From an uncultured Candidatus Saccharibacteria bacterium (lineage in GTDB: Bacteria > Patescibacteriota > Doudnabacteria > UBA920), in NCBI GenBank assembly GCA_964474825.1, contig CAYYWQ010000001.1, positions 884,152 through 948,151 of the forward strand: 64,000 nucleotides of DNA, given 5' to 3'. Made by a program: the position numbers and the translations under genes. Of the stretch, positions 17,594-27,662 are shown one piece after another; within the stretch, counting starts at the first letter, position 1, and every line of letters begins with the position of its first letter. The notes below the pieces were generated by a model, which did not search any database, was not told the origin of the DNA, and was given only the letters and a program-made list of their open reading frames with translations.

Positions 17594-18853
17594 TTATTCG
17601 TATTGCAAAGCAGTTATCGGGTCCATTTTCGCGGCTTCTCTCGCCGGCAGCACCCCAAAAGCAATTCCTATGCCGCCGGACACCCCGACAGCTATGACTA
17701 TGGAATAAACCGGTACGGAAAATACCCAGACCAAGCCGGCAAAGTGGGCGATTACAGAAACCAGCCAACCAAGCAAACCGCCAAAAATAATTCCCACTAC
17801 CCCGCCAATAATTGTTACCAAAAGCGACTCAATTAAAAATTCCATTAAAATGTCGGAGTTTTTCGCGCCCAAAGCTTTTTTTAATCCTATTTCCGAAGTC
17901 CGTTCCGTAACCACTACATACATAATATTCATAATACCAACGCCGCCGACAATTAAAGAAATTGCCGCAATGGCTATGAGCAAAAGAGTAATGCCGTTAA
18001 AAATGGTGTTGAAACTTTCCAAAGCCTGAGCCTGGGTTTGCACAATAAAATCGTCCTTTTCGGGATCTGTAATATTATGATTCTCACGCATTACCGCGGA
18101 AATGTCTTCGGCTGTGGCGTCGCCCTGCTTGGTGTCGCCTACTTGGACAATACCAATTAATAAATAATCTATACCCATTAATTTTTTCTGGGCCGTGCCC
18201 AAAGGAAGATACAAGCTGTCGTCGGCCGTGCCGCCGCCGGCAAACCCTTGGGGGCTGTAAACGCCGATTACCTGGAAATTCAAGTTACCAACGCGAATTA
18301 GTTGGCCCAAAGGGCTCTGATCGCCGAACATGTCAGTGGCAATGTTGCTGCCTAAAATTACCACTTGAGCCGCGCCCGCGTCCTCACCTGCCGTGTAAAA
18401 CCGCCCACTTTTTAAAGTATGCTTGTCTATATCAAACCTTGCCGCGGCCGCGCCATAATACAAAGCGCTTTTTTCCACGTCGCGGTAACTGGCCACGGCC
18501 TGGCCCACAACCATACCGTATGCGCCGGTAACGTTCCCCAATTTTTTTATGTCGTCCAAATCGCGCTGCTTAAAACTGGTAATGGCTACGGCGCTGTTTA
18601 CGCGGCTACTGTCGGCACTGGCCGCGGAATTAGCCGCGCGGTTTTTAGTGGTTGGCGGCACGCGCGTTTCAATAAATAAAGTATTACTGCCAAACGCCGC
18701 GACCTGGTCGTCTATTAAACTACGGAAACCCGCGCCCGCGGACAAAACTAAAATTACCGTGCCAATGCCAATAACAATACCCAAAGTCGTCAGCCCCGTC
18801 CGGGCCGGATTGGAAAAAAGAGCTTTAATAGATTGTTTGAATGCGTTTAGCAT
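17594..18853 (-). CDS. ABC transporter permease, MacB/FtsX family
   Basis: The order is N-terminal TM, periplasmic MacB_PCD-like domain, then a C-terminal FtsX 3-TM bundle. Confidence 0.8.
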   Translation of the reverse strand: MLNAFKQSIKALFSNPARTGLTTLGIVIGIGTVILVLSAGAGFRSLIDDQVAAFGSNTLFIETRVPPTTKNRAANSAASADSSRVNSAVAITSFKQRDLDDIKKLGNVTGAYGMVVGQAVASYRDVEKSALYYGAAAARFDIDKHTLKSGRFYTAGEDAGAAQVVILGSNIATDMFGDQSPLGQLIRVGNLNFQVIGVYSPQGFAGGGTADDSLYLPLGTAQKKLMGIDYLLIGIVQVGDTKQGDATAEDISAVMRENHNITDPEKDDFIVQTQAQALESFNTIFNGITLLLIAIAAISLIVGGVGIMNIMYVVVTERTSEIGLKKALGAKNSDILMEFLIESLLVTIIGGVVGIIFGGLLGWLVSVIAHFAGLVWVFSVPVYSIVIAVGVSGGIGIAFGVLPAREAAKMDPITALQYE

Positions 18854-18904
18854 AAAATTAGAGGGTAGCTTGTAGTAAGTAGTCGGTAGCCTACAAGCTA
18901 CTTA
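18854..18904. repeat. Family B TAG/CTAC palindromic spacer
   Basis: gtagcttgtagtaagtag tcg gtagcctacaagctacttactact; the arms are complementary. Confidence 0.4.
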
Positions 18905-20185
18905 CTACTCATACCTTAAAGCTTCTATCGGATTCAATTTACTGGCTTTATAAGCCGGGTACAAGCCAAACACTACTCCGGTTAAAATGGAGACGCCTAC
19001 TGCCAACACTACAGAGGTTAAAGAAATTACAAAAGCCCAGTCGTACCCAAGCGCCTGCATTAAAAGCGAAATTAAATAGGCCACTATTATGCCAACCACA
19101 ATACCAATTAACCCGCCCACAGAAGTCAGCGTGCCGGCTTCGAGTAAAAACTGGTTCCTGACCTGCGCGTTATTCGCGCCCACTGCTTTGCGCAAACCAA
19201 TTTCACGCGTACGCTCTGCAACGGTTACCAGCATAATATTTAAAATCCCAATGCCGCCGACCAGCAAAGCAATGGCGGCCATGGCGGCCAGAAATAAAGT
19301 TAAGGCATTGGTAATTGTAGTGAGAATCCCCACGGCATCGGCAATGTTGCGCACCGTGTAATCTACGTCCGCTTCCTTTTTTATGTGGTGGCTTTGGTTT
19401 AAAAACCTCTTAACGTCTTCAATGGTCTGATCTATATGATCGGACGAGTCAACTTTTATATTAATGGCCTGCAAATAATGTATTCCAATTAGTTGCTGCT
19501 GGCCAATGGCCAATGGCAAATAAATTTGGTCGTCCTGGTCCTGAAAAAAAGTTGTACCGCGCGGAGAAGCGACACCAATAACACGCAAAGGAATTCCTCC
19601 GGGCTGGTTTTGTGAACTCTGCGAAGCAGTTCTGACTTTAATAATTTGTCCAATGGGGTCTACATTCTGTCCGCCGAACAATTCGTCCGCCACTGTACTG
19701 CCCAAAACTACAACATTAGCATTACCCTGTTCTTCCTGGCGGTCAAAAAAAATCCCTGCAGCCATAGGCACGCTGACCACATCGGGATAGGCATAGTCCG
19801 TAGACACAAACGTGGTATCCAAACTTTTATTCTGCCACGTTACCGTGCCGGTTCCGCGCACCAAACCGTTAACCGCGACAGCGTGCGGCACGGCGGAAGG
19901 ATCGCGCAAAGCCTTGGCGTCGTCGTTAGTTAAGGTTGTCACCACAATGCCAAATACCTGGTTGGGTGGGCCTTTTTCATTGCTTTTACCCGGCTGGACT
20001 GACAAAAGATTCGAACCAAGTTTTGTTATTTGCCCCAAAACCAAAGACTGGGCCCCGGCTCCCAAAGCTATAATTATAATAACCCCGGCCACGCCAATGA
20101 CAATACCCAGGATGGTAAGAAAAGAACGCCCTTTCCTTGCTAAAAGAGTTCTAAAAACTAATTTGATGGTACTTATGAAGTTCAT
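18905..20185 (-). CDS. ABC transporter permease, MacB/FtsX family (second copy)
   Basis: Same architecture as 17594..18853, paralogous. Confidence 0.8.
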   Translation of the reverse strand: MNFISTIKLVFRTLLARKGRSFLTILGIVIGVAGVIIIIALGAGAQSLVLGQITKLGSNLLSVQPGKSNEKGPPNQVFGIVVTTLTNDDAKALRDPSAVPHAVAVNGLVRGTGTVTWQNKSLDTTFVSTDYAYPDVVSVPMAAGIFFDRQEEQGNANVVVLGSTVADELFGGQNVDPIGQIIKVRTASQSSQNQPGGIPLRVIGVASPRGTTFFQDQDDQIYLPLAIGQQQLIGIHYLQAINIKVDSSDHIDQTIEDVKRFLNQSHHIKKEADVDYTVRNIADAVGILTTITNALTLFLAAMAAIALLVGGIGILNIMLVTVAERTREIGLRKAVGANNAQVRNQFLLEAGTLTSVGGLIGIVVGIIVAYLISLLMQALGYDWAFVISLTSVVLAVGVSILTGVVFGLYPAYKASKLNPIEALRYE

Positions 20186-20258
20186 AAAGTTTGTAAAGTT
20201 GAAAGTTTGTAAAGTTACTGCACTACTTTATGAACTTTAAAAACTTTATAACTTTTAA
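20186..20258. repeat. Family C ATAAAGTT palindromic spacer
   Basis: ataaagtttgtaaagttgaaagtttgtaaagtta / ctgcact / actttatgaactttaaaaactttataactttt. Confidence 0.45.
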
Positions 20259-20975
20259 CTATTTCACTAACTCTTTATCCGGAGTAGCAATAGTTCTATT
20301 TTTAACTTTTTCGTCGGAAATTATAAGACCGTCCTTAACACGGATAATTCTTTTGGCGTGATTAGCAGTGTCTTGTTCATGGGTAACCAAAATAATAGTG
20401 TGTCCGGCGTCATTTAGTCTTTGTAAAATTTCCATAACCGCGTTCCCGCTTTTGCTGTCCAGGTTACCCGTGGGCTCGTCCGCAAAAATTACAGCCGGTT
20501 CGCAAACTAAAGCACGGGCAATAGCCACGCGCTGTTTTTCCCCGCCGGATATTTGATTTGTGTAAAAATCCAAGCGGTGTGAAAGCCCCACAGCATCCAA
20601 GGCTTTTTTGGCCAACTGGTCGTGATTCTTTTTTGTGCTATAAATTAAAGGTAATTTTACATTGTCTAATACCGAAGTGCGGGCCAATAAATTGAAGGAT
20701 TGAAAAACAAAACCAATCCGCTCGTTTCGCAATGTGGCGAGGTAGTCGTCCGGAAAAATTTTGGTGTCTTTACCCTCAAATTCATAAACACCACCAGTCG
20801 GACGGTCAAGAAAGCTTAAAATATGCATTAAGGTGGATTTGCCCGAGCCGGAGGGACCCATAATAGCCACAAACTCGCCTTCGTCAATATTAAAAGTCAG
20901 ACCATGGAGAACCGAAGTTACCACGTCTTCGTTTATGTAATCTTTTTTTAGGTCAACAACTTTTATTAGGGGCAT
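20259..20975 (-). CDS. ABC transporter ATP-binding protein (MacB/LolD-like)
   Basis: Walker A is GPSGSGKST, the signature is [15 protein letters not shown], and Walker B is [12 protein letters not shown]. Confidence 0.9.
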   Translation of the reverse strand: MPLIKVVDLKKDYINEDVVTSVLHGLTFNIDEGEFVAIMGPSGSGKSTLMHILSFLDRPTGGVYEFEGKDTKIFPDDYLATLRNERIGFVFQSFNLLARTSVLDNVKLPLIYSTKKNHDQLAKKALDAVGLSHRLDFYTNQISGGEKQRVAIARALVCEPAVIFADEPTGNLDSKSGNAVMEILQRLNDAGHTIILVTHEQDTANHAKRIIRVKDGLIISDEKVKNRTIATPDKELVK

Positions 20976-21070
20976 AAGATAGATTGTAGGAAGTAGCTAG
21001 TAGGTAAAGCAGAAACAAATATCAGACCAAGTGTCTGGCTACTTACTACTGCCTACCCGCTACCTGCTAA
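20976..21070. repeat. Family B TAG/CTAC palindromic spacer
   Basis: gtaggaagtagctagtaggtaaagcag ... ggctacttactactgcctacccgctacctgcta. Confidence 0.4.
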
Positions 21071-22627
21071 TTACTGTTTAATATACGTAACAATTTCCTG
21101 GCCTTCGTTTAAGCCGGATAAAACTTCCACTAATCCGCCGTCAGCTTCCATACCGGTTTTAATTTCTACTTCATGGTAGGTTTTCTTTTTGCTGTCATCT
21201 ATTACCCGAATGTGTTTGGAGCCGTTGCTTAGAACTGCCCGCAAAGGAATAGCCAAAACGTTATCTTTCTCTCCTACTAAAATAGTCATATTGACTGTCA
21301 TACCCGGCTTAATGTCGGCAATATCCGGCAGACTGGCTTTAACTAAATAATCAACCACTCCGGAAACCACGGTTGAAGCAGGGTTAACTGTTTGTACAGT
21401 CGCTGTAAAATGCCTGTCCGGGCCGAGCGCGTCAAAAGTAACATCTACAGTTTGGCCTTCCTGTACCGAAGCGATATTGGCTTCGCTGACATTAGCTTCA
21501 ATATGAAGACTCTCTACGTCTTGCAGCACAATGGCTTCTTTTGAAGCCACAGCTTGTTCGCCGACTTTAATGGCTACAGAAGTAATGGTTCCGTTGGCAG
21601 GCGCCCGAATAATAGTATTTTCCAAAACTGCCTGGGCGGCCTGGACCTGCCCCTGAGCGCTTAATATAGAGGCTTCAGCGGCCTGAATGTCCGCCGGACG
21701 GGCCTGGGCTTTCTTTAAATCTAAAGACGCCTGCGCGGCGCTGACAGCGCTCTGTGCGTTTGCAATACTAATATCCTGGGTCTGCAAAGCAGACTGGTAA
21801 GCGTTATAATTTGTTACGTAAGTTGAAGCCTGTGTATTGGGAATAGTGATGGTCCAGCTGTCGCCGGCATTTACAGCCAAGGTAGAAAATTGTATAAACA
21901 AACCTTTACTTCCTAACGCCACTAATGTCGTCTTAACATCGCCCGTTCCTGTTTCCAAACCGTTTATATTAAACTTGGGGCCGCTGCCGGTATTATAAAC
22001 CGAAATATTATAAACTCCTTGCTCCGTGGAGTTATAAGTTCCGCTGACTGTAATAGTAGCGCTGCCAATATTCCCCTGGTTAGGCACAGCCGACACCGTG
22101 GAATTAAGCAATGCGCTGTAAGAATTGGCGACCAAAACTTTTTGCTGGGCAATAGTATTGGCCAAAGATTTTTTAGCGTTGTCCAAAGCTACTTGGGTTA
22201 CGGCAACGTCTTCATTGCTGGCGCCGGCCAAAACTTTGGCGTAATTCGCCTTGGCCTGGGCAAGCGATCCCAATGCCTGCGTTAAGGTAGCGGCCTGGTC
22301 CAGCTGGCTCAAAGTGGCCAAAACTTGTCCTGCTTTTACCTTGTCACCTTCTTTTACATTAACCTTACCAACAATGCCGCTGCTTTTAAAACTTAGGTCT
22401 AAGTCCGTGCTAGACACGGCCTGGCCGGTGGCCAAAACTGTTTGCTTAATATCTTGACGCTTAACTATGTCTGTCAAAATATTGGCAGAAGTATTACTAC
22501 CGGCTTTGATTCTCCAAAAAATAAAACCAACCACGACTAAAATAATCGCTGTCCAAATAATTTTCTTTTTTGTAAAAAACTTTTTTTTAGGGCTGGGCGT
22601 AATGCTGCCCGTTTCTTGATTGTCCAT
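21071..22627 (-). CDS. HlyD-family periplasmic adaptor (membrane fusion protein) of the efflux operon
   Basis: An N-terminal TM segment is followed by a biotinyl/lipoyl-like hairpin (VKEGDKVKAGQVLATL) and coiled-coil and beta-barrel regions. Confidence 0.75.
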   Translation of the reverse strand: MDNQETGSITPSPKKKFFTKKKIIWTAIILVVVGFIFWRIKAGSNTSANILTDIVKRQDIKQTVLATGQAVSSTDLDLSFKSSGIVGKVNVKEGDKVKAGQVLATLSQLDQAATLTQALGSLAQAKANYAKVLAGASNEDVAVTQVALDNAKKSLANTIAQQKVLVANSYSALLNSTVSAVPNQGNIGSATITVSGTYNSTEQGVYNISVYNTGSGPKFNINGLETGTGDVKTTLVALGSKGLFIQFSTLAVNAGDSWTITIPNTQASTYVTNYNAYQSALQTQDISIANAQSAVSAAQASLDLKKAQARPADIQAAEASILSAQGQVQAAQAVLENTIIRAPANGTITSVAIKVGEQAVASKEAIVLQDVESLHIEANVSEANIASVQEGQTVDVTFDALGPDRHFTATVQTVNPASTVVSGVVDYLVKASLPDIADIKPGMTVNMTILVGEKDNVLAIPLRAVLSNGSKHIRVIDDSKKKTYHEVEIKTGMEADGGLVEVLSGLNEGQEIVTYIKQ

Positions 22628-22650
22628 AAATGTTTGGCTTTCTATTGAAA

Positions 22651-22956
22651 TTACTGATTGAAATTGTTCTGTTCTAAAATTTTATCCACGCGTTCCTTTA
22701 TTTTCTTCTCCATTCCTGTACCCGATAAATTATTCATAATAATTTTTACCAACTGCTCCAATTCATTGGCCTTAACAAGTCCCAAAGCCTTGCCAAATTT
22801 ACCCATTACGATCAGGCTGTCACCAGGCTGAAGCTTCAAGTCTTTGCGCGCCTGGGCGGGAATCACCACCTGGCCGCGGCTGCCCATGATAGTTGTACCA
22901 TAAAGCTTGTCGGAGCTGGTCATTTTTTGGTGGATCTTTTGAAAGCTGGCCTTCAT
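22651..22956 (-). CDS. AbrB/SpoVT/MazE-family DNA-binding protein
   Basis: A swapped-hairpin motif (RGQVVIPAQARKDLKLQPGDSLIV) is present. It is the first gene of the efflux gene string. Confidence 0.6.
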   Translation of the reverse strand: MKASFQKIHQKMTSSDKLYGTTIMGSRGQVVIPAQARKDLKLQPGDSLIVMGKFGKALGLVKANELEQLVKIIMNNLSGTGMEKKIKERVDKILEQNNFNQ

Positions 22957-22961
22957 AAGAG

Positions 22962-22983
22962 TGAATTTAGATTAGTATGATAT
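22962..22983. promoter_or_regulatory. Perfect 9-bp inverted repeat ttagtatga-tatt-tcatactaa just upstream of the AbrB-like gene
   Basis: Seen directly. It could be an operator for the AbrB-like protein or a terminator for the upstream gene. Confidence 0.3.
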
Positions 22984-23030
22984 TTCATACTAATCATATC
23001 ACAAATAACAACTAAAGTCAATCGCAATAT

Positions 23031-24446
23031 TTATTGCAAGGCAGCTTTTATTTTTAAGTTCAAACCCCCGGCCGACAAAACATCCCTCTCACTAATATTA
23101 GCCAGCTGCCGCAATCTTTTTTCAGCAGGCGTAATAACCTTATAAATTTCCGGCAGCATGCTGTCCATGCTCTCACCAATGGTTACCACTTTGGCCAGCC
23201 GGTGATACTTATTAAACAAATCATTAGTGTCTTTTAAAAATAAATCCAAGGCTGTAGGCTTATAAACCAGGCCGCTGTCGGTTATGTCAAAAGCTAAATT
23301 ACTCTCCGCAAAATTCTCCGTAACTTCTTTGACCACGCGCGCAGCTATATTTTCCTCGCCCATTTCTTTAAGAAGATCCGCAAATTTGTTTTTTATATTT
23401 GTTAACCAATTTACCTGGTTAAAGCCGCCCAAACAAGTTATTCCATAATAGAGCAAAACCATAAAACAAACTAAAGAGGTCGGATAAATTTTTCCCTGTT
23501 CTAGATCAGCAACCAAAACGGCCTGATTAGGGTTAATAGCATGCTTGGACAAACGCACGCGCCTGCCTTTCTCGTCTATTCCCCAAAACAAAAAACTGCC
23601 TTTATGCTCAAGGTCAAACGCCCCCAAACTCCCTTGAAAATATTTTTCTATTAAATCCCAGCCTGCGGATGTAAAAAATAACCTATTCAGCAAATGATCG
23701 GGCCTTGAACCAACTTCTTTAATTAAAATTTCAGTAACCAAAGCCTCAAGTGGCACATAAATAAGCTGCGGCGCCTGAGGAAATACCATTGACCACAATT
23801 GTTTACTAGCCAGACAGGCTTGTTCAACAAACGACCTGCTATTCAAAACCTGCTCGTCTAATACAACCTTACTGAGTTCAGCGTGCAAGTTTCCAAAAGA
23901 CAAATTTTTAACTTTTTCAAGAAGAAGATCGGCTTCTTTCCGGCCAAACGGTTTTGTGGCCAAAACAGTTTGAGTTTTTTGCCTATCAGCAAACAAAGAC
24001 AAACGTACCAAATCTCCATCCGACTTGCCGGACAATAAAAAACAACCGGGCCAGGAAGAATTATTAAGAGAAATTCCTGCCGTGGCCAGGCAAAGTAGAT
24101 ATTTATTGTCACGATTTAAACTATAAATTAAATTGGAATTTAAAAAAAATGGGTGTCCAAAAATACCTAAATGGTCAACTGTAGAAACCAAAGGCCTGGA
24201 TTTTAACTGGCTTAGAACTTCCTTGGCTATAAGCTCGCCATAAATATCAAATAATAAACGACGGAGAACATTTAAAAAATTTTCAGTTTCCGGTATGCCA
24301 ACTCCCACATTCCAACTCTTACTGTAATTAGCCAAGCTTTCCTGGGCATGATCTTTATAAATTCGGCCTAATACCTGCTGCTTGGCCATTATAACCGTTC
24401 GTAATTCAGAAATTTCCATACCCAGTATATCAACATACAATACCAA
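23031..24446 (-). CDS. Hypothetical protein (471 aa, no recognisable domain)
   Basis: A long ORF with good coding texture. The start is ambiguous (MEISELR or MAKQQ). No P-loop or catalytic motif could be recognised. Confidence 0.45.
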   Translation of the reverse strand: MVLYVDILGMEISELRTVIMAKQQVLGRIYKDHAQESLANYSKSWNVGVGIPETENFLNVLRRLLFDIYGELIAKEVLSQLKSRPLVSTVDHLGIFGHPFFLNSNLIYSLNRDNKYLLCLATAGISLNNSSWPGCFLLSGKSDGDLVRLSLFADRQKTQTVLATKPFGRKEADLLLEKVKNLSFGNLHAELSKVVLDEQVLNSRSFVEQACLASKQLWSMVFPQAPQLIYVPLEALVTEILIKEVGSRPDHLLNRLFFTSAGWDLIEKYFQGSLGAFDLEHKGSFLFWGIDEKGRRVRLSKHAINPNQAVLVADLEQGKIYPTSLVCFMVLLYYGITCLGGFNQVNWLTNIKNKFADLLKEMGEENIAARVVKEVTENFAESNLAFDITDSGLVYKPTALDLFLKDTNDLFNKYHRLAKVVTIGESMDSMLPEIYKVITPAEKRLRQLANISERDVLSAGGLNLKIKAALQ

Positions 24447-24672
24447 ACGGCTGATCCACCGTAGAAGCAGTATGCATAGGATGATTAATTTTTCTAAGAC
24501 GTTAATTTAAAGTATTGTTAAGCCGTTTGGCTAAGCTCCTACATTTTGCCAATAATAAAGCCTAAACTTAAAAAAAACCGCGCCAGCTTTTACAAAACGA
24601 CCTTGGGTAAAGGAGTTTATTGCATGTTGTATTACTGAGCATACCTGCATTATACCCGAAAATGGTAATATC

Positions 24673-24714
24673 TAAAAAAGTCCCGTCAGTCAGCCTAGGC
24701 TGACTGACGGGACT
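24673..24714 (-). terminator. Rho-independent terminator of the pilin-like gene
   Basis: A perfect 16-bp palindrome (agtcccgtcagtcagcc tagg ctgactgacgggact) is followed on the minus strand by a U-tract. Confidence 0.75.
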
Positions 24715-24729
24715 AATTTAAGTGTTCTA

Positions 24730-25230
24730 TTATCTAACCCCGGCAGGGGTTAGAACTCTTTCGCCAGAACTAAAATTACCGGTTGGATCACCTAAGCAAA
24801 AATAATAAGAATAGCTAGGGTATACCTGCGTACCGCCTACATCAAAGGAAATCCCTTCCGGAATGTAATAAAATTCATTTGCGGCCACGGCCACTCCGCC
24901 ATGATTATTAGTTACCTCGGTGTTGTGCGACAGGCCATCGCAAACCCCGTCAGCCGGCTGGGGCGCGGTGGGTATAATATTTACAAACTGGGGAGTTAAA
25001 GCAGTCGGTACTCCGTTAACACCGTTTGGATAGCCGCGATTGCTGGCAAAATATAACTCTAAAGCCGTATTCATTTGGGTTATATTAGCCAAACGCTTAA
25101 CATTTCGGGACTTTTGCCTGGCTGATTGCATGGCAATAAGACCAATAGAAGACAGTAAAGAAATAATGGCAACAACCACCAACAATTCTATTAGGGTAAA
25201 ACCTCTATTTAACTCTTTTTTATTTTTCAT
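24730..25230 (-). CDS. Type IV pilin-like protein (prepilin-type N-terminal cleavage/methylation domain)
   Basis: The N-terminus reads MKNKKELNRGFTLIELLVVVAIISLL, with the G-F-T-L-I-E cleavage motif. The tracked 235-aa ORF overlaps tRNA-Lys; the true start is the ATG whose complement lies at 25228-25230. Confidence 0.75.
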   Translation of the reverse strand: MKNKKELNRGFTLIELLVVVAIISLLSSIGLIAMQSARQKSRNVKRLANITQMNTALELYFASNRGYPNGVNGVPTALTPQFVNIIPTAPQPADGVCDGLSHNTEVTNNHGGVAVAANEFYYIPEGISFDVGGTQVYPSYSYYFCLGDPTGNFSSGERVLTPAGVR

Positions 25231-25368
25231 TTCTCTTTGAATTTTGTTGTCTTTATTATACGACAATTTTGTCAAAATAACAATGTGGATAATAAAATTG
25301 TACTGAGCTAAGGCCACTCTTGATAAAATCAAATAAATCCTGTAAAATAGCATAGATGTAGCAAATAT

Positions 25369-25444
25369 GGGATGGTAGCTCAGTCGGTAGAGCAGCGGCC
25401 TTTTAAGCCGTTTGTCGTGGGTTCGATCCCCACCCATCCCACCA
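25369..25444 (+). tRNA. tRNA-Lys (anticodon UUU)
   Basis: GGGATGGTAGCTCAGTCGGTAGAGCAGCGGCCTTTTAAGCCGTTTGTCGTGGGTTCGATCCCCACCCATCCCACCA; canonical cloverleaf. Confidence 0.9.
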
Positions 25445-25512
25445 AAAAACCACCTAAAGATTTGGGTGCTTTTTTATTACGATGATATACTTAAGGTAAT
25501 TAATATCCACAT

Positions 25513-25983
25513 ATGAAAAAATTTATTTTCCTTGCTCCCATAATTATTTTATTGGCAGCAGGCTGCGGTCCTTTAAAAACCCAACCCATTAAAACCTCCC
25601 CTACTCAAAATGAGGCCATAAAACAAGGTTTAACAGGAAACGTGAGCTTGGCTACGGGGAATTGCATGCCTACTATTGGAACGTCAAAATCCAGCTGTTC
25701 AATAAAAAAACTTTCCACAAAAATTTACATTAGAGAACCAGCAACCGGAAAAAACATGGATTATTCCTACCTTAAAAATCCAACCAAACTTATTCAAACC
25801 GTTACATCCTCTGATACAGGGAACTACCAAGCGGCGGTCCCTGCCGGGACCTATAGTGTATTTGCGGATGATAACGGTAAAGAGTATTGCAACCTTTCAG
25901 ACGGGCAAGGGAATATGTGCCGGGTAACAGTTGGCCCAGGAATTACCGAATATAACATAAAAATTGACCATGCGGTTTACTAA
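25513..25983 (+). CDS. Putative lipoprotein
   Basis: A signal peptide ends in a lipobox-like LLAAGC. The rest of the protein is Ser/Thr/Gly-rich. Confidence 0.5.
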   Translation: MKKFIFLAPIIILLAAGCGPLKTQPIKTSPTQNEAIKQGLTGNVSLATGNCMPTIGTSKSSCSIKKLSTKIYIREPATGKNMDYSYLKNPTKLIQTVTSSDTGNYQAAVPAGTYSVFADDNGKEYCNLSDGQGNMCRVTVGPGITEYNIKIDHAVY

Positions 25984-26008
25984 ATTTTTGAATTGCTTAT
26001 GAAATCAC

Positions 26009-26039
26009 AAACCCCGTCCTTTCCGGTAGGACGGGGTTT
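26009..26039 (+). terminator. Hairpin terminator aaccccgtcct-ttccggt-aggacggggttt
   Basis: An 11-bp stem with 3' T residues lies immediately after the lipoprotein stop. Confidence 0.55.
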
Positions 26040-26066
26040 AAGTATTCAGTTGCTTTACCATATTTA

Positions 26067-26252
26067 TTATTGCATCTGACGGTTGTGGTTACCATAGTGT
26101 GATTCTGTTGCTCCGCCCCAAAAACCCAGTATTGCCACAGCCGCACCGGTAATTAACAGCAGTATCTGACCGGTGCCGGAAGGAACGAAGGCATATGCGG
26201 CAACAATGACCCATAAGCCTAAAATTCCATTAAGCCATTCTGACCAAGACAT
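26067..26252 (-). CDS. Small hydrophobic protein (61 aa, two predicted TM helices)
   Basis: An AGGAAAGGA SD sits about 9 nt upstream of the ATG. A hydrophobic helical hairpin (WVIVAAYAFVP...LLLITGAAVAILGFWGG) is predicted. Confidence 0.45.
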   Translation of the reverse strand: MSWSEWLNGILGLWVIVAAYAFVPSGTGQILLLITGAAVAILGFWGGATESHYGNHNRQMQ

Positions 26253-26387
26253 AAATTTGTTCCTTTCCTAAATATTTTATTATTTTCCGACCTTTATTTA
26301 AAAGGGACCCGGGTCCTCCACGGGGCCTTATTATATATAACGAAAGGGGTAGGTATTTGTAACACAATAAAAACCTTTTAGGTAAGG

Positions 26388-27650
26388 TTAAATTTTTCCT
26401 ATTAGTTTCCTGTAGTATTTTTTAATGCTATAAAAAATGGAGGAATTTGTGGGACGAAGAGTTATTGTTAACTGCTCTAATGTTTTTTCTTCACTAATTT
26501 CAATTGATGAGGAAACATAATTGTCGGCCGAAGCGAATAATTTAACATTGTGATTTGCGGGAATTAAAATGCTAAAATCTCCCTCGCCATCTGTTTTTTC
26601 AAAATCACCTTCTAAACTTAAGCTGACTTTCGCATTTTCTATTTTGTCCCCAGCATCGTTATAAACCGTGCCATTAATTTTTTTGGGAGTATAATAATCT
26701 TTTAAAATTTGGTACGCCGGCCTTAGAGATCCGTTGTCATTTATTAAGGCAGTGGAACCACCGGAGAGGACCCAATAATTTACAGCGGAAATTAAATTCC
26801 TCCTCTGCGAAAGTTGCACTAACTCCTGGTCAATAAATTCCGCTTGCTCCAAGTCCGTAAGCTGGCCGTTTATGTCCGGAATTGGTCCGCCAAATTCGCC
26901 AATGGCTATGCTGCCACCACTTTGACTACTAAGCTCGTCTATATCTTGTCCCAGCTTCTGGGGGTCCTTAATATAATGGTCAATGGTCACAACACCACCT
27001 AAGGCCGCGGTAGTGTTTTTGTCCATAATCAAAGCAGCCACATCTTTGTTCATTGGTAAAAAATTTACAGTAACTTTTTTGCCAATTTTTTCAAACGCAG
27101 TTTGAGAAGTTTGATATTCGTTTATTAAAAACTTGCGGTAGTCTTGCAAGTTGCCCTTACTGCGAGGGTCCCCTGGCCCGCCGTTTTCGCATTCCGGACA
27201 AGCGCTAAAAACGTCTCCGTCTTCAAATAAATCTGGATTGCGCAAAATAAAATTTTCTATCAAATACAAATGAGTAGACTGGCTAATTCTTCCATAGCCA
27301 AACCAGCCTTCCCAGCCGCTAAAGTTGCCGCGAAACCAGACTTTAAGATTATTCTTTCGAGCCGCCAAAACCCAACGCCGCAAAAACGGCAAAAATTCGC
27401 TGTCATACGGAGTGGCAATGGCAACGTGAGTCGCGCCCAAATTTGCAATGTCTTTTATTTGGCCATTAATTACAAGATCAAACGAGCTGTCTCTAAGTTT
27501 TTGCCGCGCTAAATCACGTGAATACTTCATGGTGTCCACAGACTGAACAGGGAACATTGTTGCCTCAGATGCCAAAACAAATGTCGGGGTAAAAATTAAA
27601 AATAAGATAATAAAGCAAATTCCCGGGGCAGTTACAGAAAAAGATTTCAT
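26388..27650 (-). CDS. Secreted glycoside-hydrolase-like TIM-barrel protein with a C-terminal CarboxypepD_reg-like beta-sandwich
   Basis: A signal peptide is followed by a region (NLKVWFRGNFSGWEGWFGYG, GEFGGP) resembling GH5/mannanase-type catalytic barrels. The C-terminus contains KINGTVYNDAGDKIENAKVSL. The family assignment is tentative. Confidence 0.4.
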   Translation of the reverse strand: MKSFSVTAPGICFIILFLIFTPTFVLASEATMFPVQSVDTMKYSRDLARQKLRDSSFDLVINGQIKDIANLGATHVAIATPYDSEFLPFLRRWVLAARKNNLKVWFRGNFSGWEGWFGYGRISQSTHLYLIENFILRNPDLFEDGDVFSACPECENGGPGDPRSKGNLQDYRKFLINEYQTSQTAFEKIGKKVTVNFLPMNKDVAALIMDKNTTAALGGVVTIDHYIKDPQKLGQDIDELSSQSGGSIAIGEFGGPIPDINGQLTDLEQAEFIDQELVQLSQRRNLISAVNYWVLSGGSTALINDNGSLRPAYQILKDYYTPKKINGTVYNDAGDKIENAKVSLSLEGDFEKTDGEGDFSILIPANHNVKLFASADNYVSSSIEISEEKTLEQLTITLRPTNSSIFYSIKKYYRKLIGKI

Positions 27651-27662
27651 ACAAATAGTCCG

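Noticed and set aside
24730-25437. Tracked 235-aa minus-strand ORF extending the pilin gene upstream
   Set aside because: The upstream extension runs straight through tRNA-Lys (25369-25444). The real start is the MKNKKEL methionine, which has the pilin leader.
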